From Paramecium tetraurelia (lineage: Eukaryota): DNA of 64,000 nucleotides. Both the position numbers and the translations under genes were made by a program. The notes beneath the pieces were generated by a model. It was not told where the DNA came from. It made no database searches and was given only the letters and a program-made list of their open reading frames with translations. Below, piece by piece: positions 26,238 to 38,521 of the stretch; within the stretch, counting starts at the first letter, position 1; each line of letters opens with the position of its first letter. Location of the stretch: assembly GCA_000165425.1 (NCBI GenBank), contig CT867985.1:682001-746000 (forward strand), in the 5' to 3' direction.

Positions 26238-29200
26238 TCACTAAATTACTTCAGCAATTAATTTTTATTCAAATTCAAGTGATAAAATTATAATCATTTT
26301 AAAATTAACAACTAAAAATCAATATAATCTTGCTTTGATATATGGAAGCCATTAAAGAATTCTCATCTGAACATCCTTACTTACACTAATTTTAAATATG
26401 ATGGTTACTTATTAGCAAGATCCTTGAATTAAGGGATTTTACATTTTAATTAGTATGCTGTTCTACATAAGTCAAATTATTCATCAAATGACAATTAACA
26501 TACATTTGAATCTATCTTAATAATTATATCTTCAGCTTTTGATTGAAGGGTTTTGAGAAATTCATAGTACAGATTTGGAATTTTGAGAGTTATCATTTCA
26601 TATTCTTTTAATTTCACTTAAATATCAGAAAAATTAGGTTTGCTATCATAAAATTATTAACTTAACTATTTAATAAATATTTAGATTTACATTGGATGTA
26701 TAAATATCGTCAACATCCTTAAAAATAGCAAGTATTTCTGCGTTCCACTACTGAATCTTTGTAATCTACTATCGTAATTCATTTAATTTTGGTAAAGAAA
26801 ATTTGATTTCAGTTTTCTAAATTTAGAGTTTGATTTCTTTTTCATATTGAATTGCCAATTAATCATATTACTCCAATGTTTATTGTTATTTTAATTATGA
26901 TTAAAATTAATTATTTAGGTCTTATTAAACTCTTAGCATTTATATAGTCTTAATAACTTAATGATCACTTTCTTATAATAATTCAGGTTATTGTTCTTTA
27001 ATATAGGCATATAGCTATTCCGTCTTATCCATTTATGGCTTTTTCAATTATTTTGTCTTAAAAGTTGCTCTACTTTACAATAGTTCATTTGCAGTGCATA
27101 AAAATTCCTTTTGGCAAATAATTGATAAAAGAATCTTTTATTAAGGCAAGTTTATTGGTAGCCATTCACCTTCTGCATATAATGCTAATATTTAAGGAAA
27201 AGAATAGTTTTTCAAATTAGTATAAGATACTAACCATTAATCTAACTTTTACTCAAGAAGTTCCAAAATTTCAAGCTCAACAAGTTATGCTGGTAAACTT
27301 TTTCCAATTTTCAGAAAATCTTTGAACTCATCCACCGTTGGTAACTATAATTGAGAGTATATGTATTCTCCTGAATTAGGCAGTATGTTTTTTTCTAGTC
27401 CTTGCTTTTATTTTTAATAACTATCATGAAGTTCTGATGAAGAATCTATATATTAATCCCACAGATTCTCATTTAGAATTAAAAATGGCATATTAAATTT
27501 CATCAAACAAACTACATAAATATTATTATATACTTCTGCAAATATATTTATCTTAACTTTATTCTTTCAGTTTTTTTATTCCCATACATTCATAATGATA
27601 CCATTCTTCGCAAATATCACAAAAAATCATATATTTAACTTGTTATTATTATTTTAAACATTATTAATGAAATAATTAAACATTATTTTCGTTTAAACTT
27701 TTAATGATTTAAAGATCTGAGATTGCTGATTCACCTCCTTGTCTACAAATACAGTAGATTTCTTCTTGACTATAAAGATTCAATAGTTCTTATGATTACA
27801 TTTTTATCCACTCTAAAAAATTGGGATTGTTTATTTCCACTTCTAAATTTGGTAACACTTTTCTATTTAATCCTTTTTTATAGCATCTTTTATTATTATT
27901 TTTTTTTATCGATTAAATTACAGGATCCTATGTCTAAATTTCATTAGGACTTTATTTGAAAGCTTTTCCTAAGGGTACATTAGCATCGTAAAATGCAATA
28001 TTATCATCTCTCATCAACTTTGAAACCTATTTCACTCTTTTAGAATGTTTTATTGAAACACTTTCTTAATCAACAATTGGTTAGGATTCTTCCTAACTTT
28101 TTATTTTTAATTTATTTATAGATTTAAACATTTTTTTTTTGGTGTTTGAAATTTATTGTTATTGTTATTGCTATTACTATTATAATTGTTATTATGTTTA
28201 TGATTATTATTGTTAAGTTATTGTTGAATATTATTATTATTATTACTATTATTATGATTAAGAAGTCTTTAATTCTTAAAGCTAAATTTAATCAACATAG
28301 TCTAGGAAAGGCTTCAATTTCTGAACCATGATTAAATTTTTTAATCTTGGAGTGTCATTAATCATTTCTTAAGCCATTTATAACCAATTATTGATTACTC
28401 TAAATTTTTTATCCATTACATAAAATTCAGGCATAAAAACCTGAGAATAATAATGAACATCTTTGATACTTGAAACTTTCAATGCCATATCAGCCTAATT
28501 ATTTATTGTCACTAATTTCTCAATAGAACCTACTAATTCCTAACTTATATAATTTTTCTCTATTCCTGACAAAACAAGACAAAGTAACTCTGGCACCTTA
28601 AAATAATAAAGTAAATCTCCAGTTAAGAAATAAGATTCAGGCTATGATTCTGAGTCTTTAGACTTTTTCTTTTTTTTTGGTTATTGCTCATCATTTAAAT
28701 TAAGAATCTGATATTGCCATTATTGGAATTAATCTATCCATTCATCAACTTATTAAGAAATTTCATCATTTTATAAATCCCTTTAATAATCCTTAAGCTT
28801 TGAAACTTTTACTGGTTAGAGTTTTTTTAGTTTGTTTTCATCTAAATTTGTTAAATGTTTTAAGTAATATTTGATTGTATTCTGAAAATTAAAAAAAAAA
28901 TTCTATGCAAGTTTAGATAATTTTGTGCCTTCTTTCTTCTTTTTATTTTATGGATTTTGTGCATATATTCGGAGCATTTCTTCCTTTAGCTATTTTATTG
29001 ATTCATCATTTTATAGAGCAATCATAATAGATTCAAATAATGGATCTTAACTTTGAATTATTTATTTGATCCAACCAACTTTTAAAGAAGAAGCATGCAA
29101 ATTTTATAGTTCTTTTACTAATTATTCTTCAACTGGTAATTTTGGAGCTTCATCTAATAAATTTTTGATTAATTCTTAATTTTAAGTTTGCACAGCTTCT

Positions 29201-31369
29201 TAGGCATTCTTATTCCATTTTTCTATATGTTGGGTTAATGCCTAAATAATTTACAAATCTTTATTGCCACTTATAAATGGAGATTGAAACTATTATAATT
29301 TATCTATTTAATCTTGAGTTTATTAAAAACCATGTTTTTAAATATATAACTTTCTAATTGTTTCCATGCCATCAATTTATAATGTTGTATCATCATTAAC
29401 TCTTAATGTTTATTTTATTATACCAACTTATGCATGCCAATCTAATATTTGAAGTATAATTTATCTGACTTTAACCATCAAAGATAATTCCTATTTATAT
29501 TTCAGACCTTCTTTAAATAATTCCCATAATTTATTAAAAGATTTATTTTAATTGCTCTTTTTATTTGTTTATTGAACCTATAATTATTTATTATCAATTA
29601 AAGAAATCAATTAATCTTTCCAAATTTAAACTCTCTCTGCTATTTTATTAATTTGTTAAACCTTCTCTGGGTCTAATTATTTAATAATATCTTAAGGTGG
29701 TTGAAATAAAGTATTTGGATATTATTTTATTTCAAAATCTTCTTGATAAACATCAACCAATGATATACTATCATGATAATTTATGATTTCATTTGCCAAT
29801 TAATTCCATTCTAAGACTTTAAGATTTATATCCTATAACTATTTAAGATCTTCATTTATTATACCCCTATTCAGAAGTGTCTAAATTTAATCATTGGCCT
29901 CTTGATGCTAACCAGATGACATATGTTGTTTTATTTAATCTAAAATCTAGGAATAATCAATTATGCTTTGTAATTTTTCTTATACATCTAAATAAAATGG
30001 GCAATCTAATAATTCCATTAGTAACCTCTATTACATTTCAGGATCATCTATTTAAGATCTTGCTCTTTCATTTAATTCTATTGCCTATTCATAAAGTTCA
30101 TTAAATGAATCAAATTCATCGCAAGTTACAATCAATTAGAGGATTTGTTAATTAAACTTTCCAGCCTAGGCTAAGGTTATTTTTTCAATTCTTTCTCCCT
30201 AGTTAGAATTCTATTAACCAAGTCTTGTTTTCGTTTGTTATGTTTTTGTGAATTTTGTGATTTTCTCAACTAAATCTAAAACATATTCATATAATCTTTT
30301 GTGTAATTGTTCAAATGCCTTGATTTCTATAGGTATTTACTTATACTCTTAATTGCAACTAGTAAGATTTCTAAGTTAAATTTTCTATGATAATGAGTTC
30401 GATATCATTTTATCAAAAATTAGATCAAAATTTTCATTTTCATTAATTGGAATAGGAAGCTTAGACAACTTTTAATAAAATTGTTCAGATTTTTAAACTT
30501 AATCCCTTAATTATTATATTTCAGGTGTTATTATTGGAATTTATTCTTCATATTTTTCTAAAGCTGATTTTAGCTTTTCTAAAGTTTATTTTTCTTTAAA
30601 TAATTTGTTTAATTATTTTTGTATTTGTATTGAAGATTAATTGTATTTATTTTATTTTATTCAGGTACCTCCGTATTTTAATTATTATTCCTTGCCTCTA
30701 ATAATGTTTATAATTAAGACCCAAATGAAATCCTTTTATTTGGCTGTTTATTGAGTTCCCATAATATCTTATTTCCCATTTATTTTATTGCATCATTTTA
30801 TCTTCATTTAACTTGCTAATGTACTATTGAATTTTTTCATTCATATATTCGTCAGTGAATTTTAAGGCATGCCTATGTTTAAATTGATTATAAATTGTTA
30901 AGCTTGGAAATAACAAATAAAATTTCGCTTTGATAATGTTATAATCCATTAGCTTCAAAAACATCAATGCCTTTTCATTTACTTGTTCTTAAGTTAGAGT
31001 TAATCCACTTAAAATCAGACCATCACCACTGAACCCTTTATTTTTCTTTTTTGTATCTTCTGTTGTAGTCTCAATCTGCCTAGTTCAAGATTAAGGATGA
31101 TGCGAAAAGTAAATAAATCATCAATATCCGAAAGATTCTAGATTTGCTCTGTTTGAAATATTAGGCTTTGTTTCTACAGATAAAATAACTACTTTTACAT
31201 GCTTCTAAAATTTTTCTAATGTTTTTTCAGGTTTATCTGGAACTATTGCTTAAGATTTCTCATTAACTATGATCATTCGTTTAGAATGTAGAAATCTATT
31301 CTATTAATGAACTTCTTGAACTTTCACATCACTTTATTCAATATCCATTGGATCATCAATGAAATTCAT
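26238..31369 (-). CDS. Large PHD-finger protein with PLU-1-like helical repeats, poly-Q and an ELM2-like N-terminus (5' part has frame irregularities)
   Basis: Frame is continuous from ~30640 to 27534. PHD YCICRQ...MIFCDICEEWYHYECMGI...YICRIC is split by a 22-nt intron; TGA at 26238. The segment 30600-31369 could not be joined without phase changes. Confidence 0.75.
28150..28260 (-). repeat. Poly-glutamine tract encoded largely by TAA/TAG/CAA
   Basis: The minus strand reads TAA TCA TAA TAA TAG TAA TAA TAA TAA TAA ... CAA TAA CAA TAA in frame with the PHD gene. Confidence 0.8.
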
Positions 31370-31640
31370 AATCTCTTTAATATTTATATAATTTAATGGA
31401 ATTTTGATAGATTTAAAGAATGAAAACTATAATGGCTTTTATTGTTTTATTTAATTAAAATACATCTTATTACTCATACCACACTTTAGGTATTTACATA
31501 AACTAAATCAAATCATCAATTCCTTATCATAATAACATCCATCCTTTAATCAATTAAATTAATTATCAATAATATTTATTAATCAAACAATATATCTCAA
31601 ACTATTAGTCTCTCTTATTTCATTAAAAAAATTTTAGAAG

Positions 31641-32466
31641 AATAAAAGGAAGTTTGTGTTATTTATTTATTATAAATGAAAAATTTAAGTTGAATTTATA
31701 AACTATAATTATCAGAATAAAGAAACTAAAATTTAATTTCTTAGTTCATTAAATTACACATTTTAGCGATTATATCTAGAATGGAATAACCAAGTGCAAA
31801 AATGAAGGCCTATTTTGATTTACAATTTCTCACTTTTATCTAATTTTAAAAATGTTCTTTGATAAAAATAAAATAATACTTATCTTAATCTTGAAGTTCT
31901 TAATAAAATTATTCTAAAATGTTATCATTAAAATAAGTAATCTTTTCTTACATAAAATGGTTCATTAAATCTCCAAATTACAATGGAGATGAATTTGAAT
32001 TGATATTATGATTGTTAAATATATAATTTCGATAGCTCAATAAGAAATAGGCGATTTCTTATAAAAATCTTAAATTAAGTGTGTAAGATAATTCTTTAAT
32101 GAAGAGACAAATAGTTTCATCGCATCCTATTTTAATAAGATCATTTTCAGTCTCACAATTGTATTCATTTCTAAATAAAACCTAAGCAAATGTAGTCATA
32201 AAAGGATCATCTTCATTTCTATTGCTTAATTTACTTTCAATAAAATCAAATACTAATTTAATTTTATTTTATAAATCATTGCTAATAGACTCATATTTTA
32301 TTTATACTTTTAAATCATATCTGCTTCTGCTTAAAGAATTTATTTATATTTATCTCCAACCAAATCAAGTAAAAAATCATCTATCGATTGCTTAGCCTCT
32401 ATTTACACTTTTAAAAAAACAGTGGTTATTCTATAGCTTGATGAGTGTTTAACTAGATATTATTGA
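31641..32466 (-). pseudogene. Inverted, ~99% identical, 5'-truncated duplicate of the C2H2/AT-hook gene (10268-11094)
   Basis: The reverse complement matches 10268-11094 with about 8 differences including a 1-nt deletion. It begins inside intron 1, lacks the zinc-finger exon and retains the later introns. Confidence 0.95.
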
Positions 32467-32519
32467 GATGATTATCTGTAATGAAACAGAAAGATAAGAT
32501 TTCATAGAAAAAAATCAAA

Positions 32520-32645
32520 CATTAAGCGAATGGCAACTTTGCATATCCTATTTAAAAGCATCTGCTATTAAATTAATAAAGAAATACAATAATTAAATTT
32601 ACAAAATGATTCAGGTAGAGCAATTTTTAATAAAAAATTTGGTAT
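32520..32645 (+). pseudogene. Decayed fragment of the 5' part of gene X (23546-25258)
   Basis: Exact 20-mer TTTGCATATCCTATTTAAAA plus flanking similarity to the coding strand of ~24900-25062. Confidence 0.75.
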
Positions 32646-32713
32646 TTAAATAAATAAAAAGAAGAATTAATTAATATAATCTAATGTGTATTATTTATTT
32701 AAAATGATATTCT

Positions 32714-34528
32714 TCAGTACTACTATTGGCTGTTCTGTAACATTTCAAATTAGGCTTTAATGTTTTGTTAATCAGGATATATTTAGCTCGACTTTTTTAA
32801 ATCAAAGATACTATTATCTAATTCAATTGGATTCAATTATTTGTTTAGAGCAAAACAATATTAACAACACTAAATCATGTGAAATAAAATGTAAGTAATT
32901 TAATTATTTTGCTTTTTTATTAAGGCATTAATTTCTGAATAGAGATTGTCATTAAAAGTATCCTATTTTAGCTGATTTTATATCATCTATTGAACTCTTG
33001 TATCACCAGATTTTATCTATTATTCTGCAATATCATCAAACTAAAGATCAATAATTATTTATTATTATTCTGTTAATTCTAAAAGTTTCTATAAATGAGT
33101 TAAATCAAGTGATAAATCAGAGTCGTTCATATTAACCTAAATTTATACTTCTAATTATTCCTTGATTGAATAAATCATTTTTTTAACTTAATAGCATAAA
33201 AGTACAGCAGCATAATGAGCTCTCATTTGAATTTAAAAGATTTCCAAAATAGTATTTGAAAAGAAATAAAGATCATTCATTTGTTTGTTAAAATGATTAA
33301 TTTTTAGATTCATTTCATCTGTTTTCCTTGTTTTTTCTTTTATATCAATATCTGCAATACTGTTTTCTGACACTTTCTCTTCAATTTTAAAGTTAGAAAT
33401 ATTTTGAGATTATTCATAATTAAATTGCTGTTACTCTAAATGTGGTTTCCCCATAGACATTAAACGCTATTAGGTTATTTCGATATCTTTCTAATTTTCT
33501 CTTTCAATTTTAGCTCCTTCTTTTTAATAAAATTATGCATGCTCTTCCATAATAACTCTAGCACTTTCAATTTAAATTCTACTTATTTAACCTAAAAATA
33601 ATTAAGCTTTCAATTTACTAAATATTTATTTCTCAAATACTTTATGTTGAGTGATTTATTAGAAAGTAATTCTCTTTTTTGGATCAAATTAAAGCATTTT
33701 CTCAAGAAGATCTTTTGATTCGTCAGATACATCAATTTTATTCCTTGTAAAATTAATTAAAGCTAAGTTTAAAACATTTAAATACGCTAACTCGTTAATT
33801 TATAGTCTTTTTAAGTGAATGGAAATCTTCCAAATAATATTTAATAAAAGATGACTCCAACCGAAAACATATCTGATGATAAACCATAAGAATTTGAATT
33901 AAGGATTTCTGGAGCCATTGTATAAAGGGATCCAAGCTATAAACGAGATTAATCGTTCTAAATATATATAATAGGGCATTACTTCATGTTGCAATATCTT
34001 GCAAAAGCCCAAATCTGCAATTTTATAGATCGAATGATTATGGATTAGAATATTTGCTAATTTTAAATCTCTATGAATAATAAAAACAGAATGAATATCT
34101 CTTAATCCTTATAGTATTTATCTAAGTATCCCAATGGCATCTTGCTCTGTGAAATGAGTATTTGGATTTTTTATCTATTGCTCTAAATCTCCTGCTATTA
34201 CAATATAGATATTAAATTACAATCACAATATTCCATTACTAAGTAATTATATATATTATCCTGAAAGGTATCCACAAATCCAACTACATATTTGCTCTTA
34301 ACCTTTTGCAAAGCTTTTTATTCTGATTCAACGAGTTCACCTAAAATTCCATCATTTTCTCCAAACCTTTCGATTTCTATCACCTTAATAGCCACAATTT
34401 GTTTAGTGCTCATTTTTTTACCTTAGTAAACCTACTTTATTTTTTCATTTTACATTTCCAAAGGCTCCTCTTCCAATAAGCTTAATAAACTTATATCCTT
34501 TTATTTCTTTATCAATGAAGTTGTTCAT
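32714..34528 (-). CDS. Ser/Thr protein kinase (ULK/CAMK-like)
   Basis: IGRGAFGNVY, VAIKV, HRDLKLAN, ADLGF and TMAPEI; short introns; TGA 32714. Confidence 0.92.
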
Positions 34529-35216
34529 GATATTATGTTATTATATTTAATTTAAATATATTATTATTATAATACATTTGTCTCACTCTTCAAGTTGGGT
34601 CTTTTGAGGATTGACACATAGGTTTTACTTAGAATGAATTATTTTCTAAATTCTATTAAAATGTTATTATGTTATAATTGGAAAAGGAATTTATGATTTT
34701 AGAAAAATCTCACTTTAAGCCGATATTTATAATTAATAATTATAATAATAGCTAGCTTCATCTGAATTAAATTACTTAATTTGATATGGATTTCTTTCTA
34801 TATTTTATTTTTTTTAAAATAGAAAAGTAAAAATAATCTTTATTTAATTCAATTATCATTTCCTTTTATTTGAATAATTGTGTAATCCAACACATTAAGG
34901 AATTTATCAATTCAAATTATAGTTATTTCATTCCTTACTTTTATTCATTTAGGTTGTAATTTTATTTTGAAGTAGTGTCCATCTTTGTTGTTTACATCTT
35001 TCTTTCAGTCTTAAATCTTTATACTTAAAAAAGAAATTCCCTAATTGTCTTGAATCTTAATTTTCTTTATTAGGTTGATCAGATACAACATGGCATCTCT
35101 AAACCTTATTATTAAATATGCTTCCAAGTCTTCTTCATTTTCCACTTAATTTAATATTTTAATTAATTAAATACTAATAAAAATTTATAATCTATTTATG
35201 TAAAATCTATATTTTA

Positions 35217-36953
35217 TCAATTAATGGCAAAAATTGCAAAACCATAATCAGTTGAATATGATAAAGTGAGTTAATTTCCTATTCTTCTTCCTCCTCCATG
35301 GGGATGATCTAAAAGATGACTGAATCTTCTCGTATCATCAACATCATAATTATCAGTTTACCTAAGATCAATCATTTCTTTTGGAGAAAATCCTATTGAG
35401 TGATTCCTTACTAGATACCAATACAATTCATCACTGCTTCTACTTTTTCTTGCCTTTGACTTGCTGACTGTTTCTTAAAATACTTCAAATGCATAATCAC
35501 AAGCCATTAAAATAAAACGATCTGGTGTTTTCATGTCAATTCCACCAAGACATACTATTGCTTAGTGACTTAAAGATTATTAAATGCTCTTAATTGTTTC
35601 GTAGGGAAATTTAACAGAAAAATCCTTTAAATAATATTATTGGAATCCAGATAATAATATGAAAGGAAAATCTGTATGAATCCTACCTAACAATTCTAAT
35701 TAAGCATTATAATAATGACGATTAATCTCTATCTTGTCTACAACAAATTTTTTCACTTCTTCTAATGCTGTCTCAAATTTTAAATCGACTGCTTTAACTT
35801 ATTTGTGTGTTTCTTAGAATTAAGCCTCAAGATCCTAAGTATTAATATCTTTCTTCTATGAAGATTATTATTTATCTTTCGAATAATTCTACAATTTCAT
35901 ATCTAAATTCATGATCATTTGAGTTTGATTCCCAATTTATTACTCCAAATTTTCAATCTATATTTTCTAATTGTTATTAATTTAAGATTGAGCATAAAAG
36001 TGATCTTTATAGCTTTTCTAGAATTCTATTATTTCTATTTTTAATTTTTAATTAAATAATTTTATGTACTCTATATCTTTCATAATTTCTTCAAACCACT
36101 TATGTTTCATTTCTTCTATCTGATTTTTAGTATCTAATTACAAAAGAGTCATTTATTCTTAGACTGTCTATTTAATCTATTCAATCAATTTTGATTCATC
36201 CCTCAAAACTACATTGCTACTAGAATTATTGGGGTGCAAAAAATAGTTACTGAACACAACCATCAACAGAATGAAAAAAGTATATTTCAGAAGCTTATTT
36301 ATAGTGAAGGGTCTCTCTAAAGCCATTACTTTCTCTTCTAGCACTTAGAATTTTTTCCTTTAGCTATCAAGACATTTTAATATTTATATACTTTGATAAG
36401 GTTTCGTAAACATTAAGATCCTTTTATTGCAAGAATTTGTTCACATTTGTAAATAACTCATAAAGTTTCTATTAAGTATTTGAATTGTATTGATTTTCAT
36501 TAGAATGAAACAGATCAAATATGACATTGTGATTTTCCTAATTATAAAATTGAACCTTATTCAACTGTTATTACTAACCTCCCAAAAATTTGAGAATTTC
36601 GATATTTCATTCTCTACTTTTTAAACTACTTCCTCCAAATACTCGGTTGAATGAAAGGGATATTTTTGTATGTATTGAACTTTCTCCTTCTGAAAATCTA
36701 TAGCCTTTTGCTAAATCTAATTCAAAAATAGTATTCTTTAGTCCTTCTTCTATTGTACTTTAAACATAATTTAGGACATTTCCATAAAATCATCAAGATG
36801 AGAAATTTTCTATTTTTTATCCCGATGCAATTTTGTCAAACAAGGATAACAGTGTAACTACTTTTTATGATCAGCCAAACACTACTTATTTGTACAAATA
36901 TATTCTTCTTTATTTTATGTTTAATTGCAAGGTTTATAAACCTAAAAAGACAT
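35217..36953 (-). CDS. Protein with N-terminal B-box-like Cys/His motif, coiled coil and an uncharacterised C-terminal globular domain
   Basis: EEYICTNKQCLADHKKQLHCYPCLTKLH; C-terminal LYWYLVRNHSIGFSP...DTRRFSHLLDHPHGGGRRIG; TGA 35217. Confidence 0.8.
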
Positions 36954-37227
36954 TGTATGTATGTTTTTAATTGAATATATAAATTCTTAAATTTTTATTT
37001 TATAGACATTAAATCTTTAAATCATGTCGCAATTTCTAATCATGTCTAACATAAATGTTGACTATATAAGCCTATTTCCATCACAGTTAGGTTGTTTTTT
37101 ATAAATAATAATAATCATCGAAAAATGAAATAACTCTGTTTTCAATATTTCCTTTGTTTTCTTAAAATATTATAAATATTTGGTACAAAAACACAAAAAA
37201 TCAAATCATCTATTTGAGAAGTATTGA

Positions 37228-38474
37228 TCAAGCCCAATCATGAAATCTTTATTTAAAATGACGCATATTAGGGTCATGATGATGAAATTTTTAGGCTCTT
37301 TCGTTGAAAATATCCAAAATCTTTTTTGTTTAAGATTCCAATTCATTTAACTTAAGATTAAAATTATTTAATTATGATTTAAGGGATTCAAAAGCTAACT
37401 AATTATTATCAGTTTACCCTCTTAAATCAAAATAATTATTTTCTAAATCCATTTAAGCATTATTAACCTAATTTTTATAGGATTCAAATTTTTGATCAAT
37501 TATAGATTTATGTTGAGAGTTTAGTTTTTATAACTCATTATTTGCTTCTTAAAATTTTTGATTAATTTCAGAGTTAAAGTTCTTACACTCAGAATATGCT
37601 TCTTCAAATTTCTCCTAAATTTCTATTTAAAATTTTGACTAAGGTGAGAAAAATTAAATAATCTTAGCATAAGAATATTATTACAATAATGGTAATCAGG
37701 CTTATAATAATGGCAGGATAATAGTGATTTTTTCCTAGTTAAACATGGTTCTATGTTGATAGTTGATCAACCTTCTGTTCTAAAGCTTTAACTTAATCTT
37801 ACATTCTATCATACTTATTGAATATACTTTTTTAGAGTTTCAATCAAAGCTGTATCTGATTATCGTTATGATAATTGAGAGGATCCAAAAGATTTAAATT
37901 TAACAATTTCTACTTCTTCAGAAAACTCTTTAGTGCTTTACTTATAAAACCTAATTAAAGTTGGTAGAGAATATGGAGTTATTGGATTGACATCTTCTAA
38001 ACAAATTTACAAATAATTTATTTTATGACAACATTCTTCATATTATTCATCAATCTTAGATGACATTTCATTTATAAATTATGGAGAAAACAATTTTGAC
38101 TTTTCTAAGGCTTGTCTATTTTCCTTTTTTTAATTAATGCTCCATTATTTAGCATTTCTTAGAATAATTAGTCTTTCTTCTTTTTCTAAATTAATTTGCT
38201 CAACAATAGTATATATGGATTTAAAATCTTCTCTAGGGTTGTGTTAATGGATGTGTTATGCTTCTAAACATTTATAACAGCTCAATTTCTTTTGTTTATC
38301 AATGCATAAAGAGTTCACACAAACAAATTCCTCTCTTGCTTTATGTGATAGACAAAAATTATTATCGTTTGAATTCATTTATTAATAAGATTAATGATTT
38401 GATAAACAGATTTCTATGTTTCTCTATTCTATTTCTTTGATGATGGAGTTTAAAAGAAATTCATTCATATACAT
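37228..38474 (-). CDS. Tandem paralog of the 35217-36953 gene, apparently C-terminally truncated
   Basis: CLSHKAREEFVCVNSLCIDKQKKLSCYKCLEAQH matches the neighbour's N-terminal motif; coiled coil follows. Start (38474 or 38378) and stop are uncertain. Confidence 0.6.
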
Positions 38475-38521
38475 TCATAATAGATAAAAAAAGATAATAT
38501 TTACTTTCAGGAATAAAAACA

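Noticed and set aside
28146..28331. Hydrophobic Ile-rich plus-strand ORF
   Set aside because: It is the antisense shadow of the poly-Q tract of the PHD gene.
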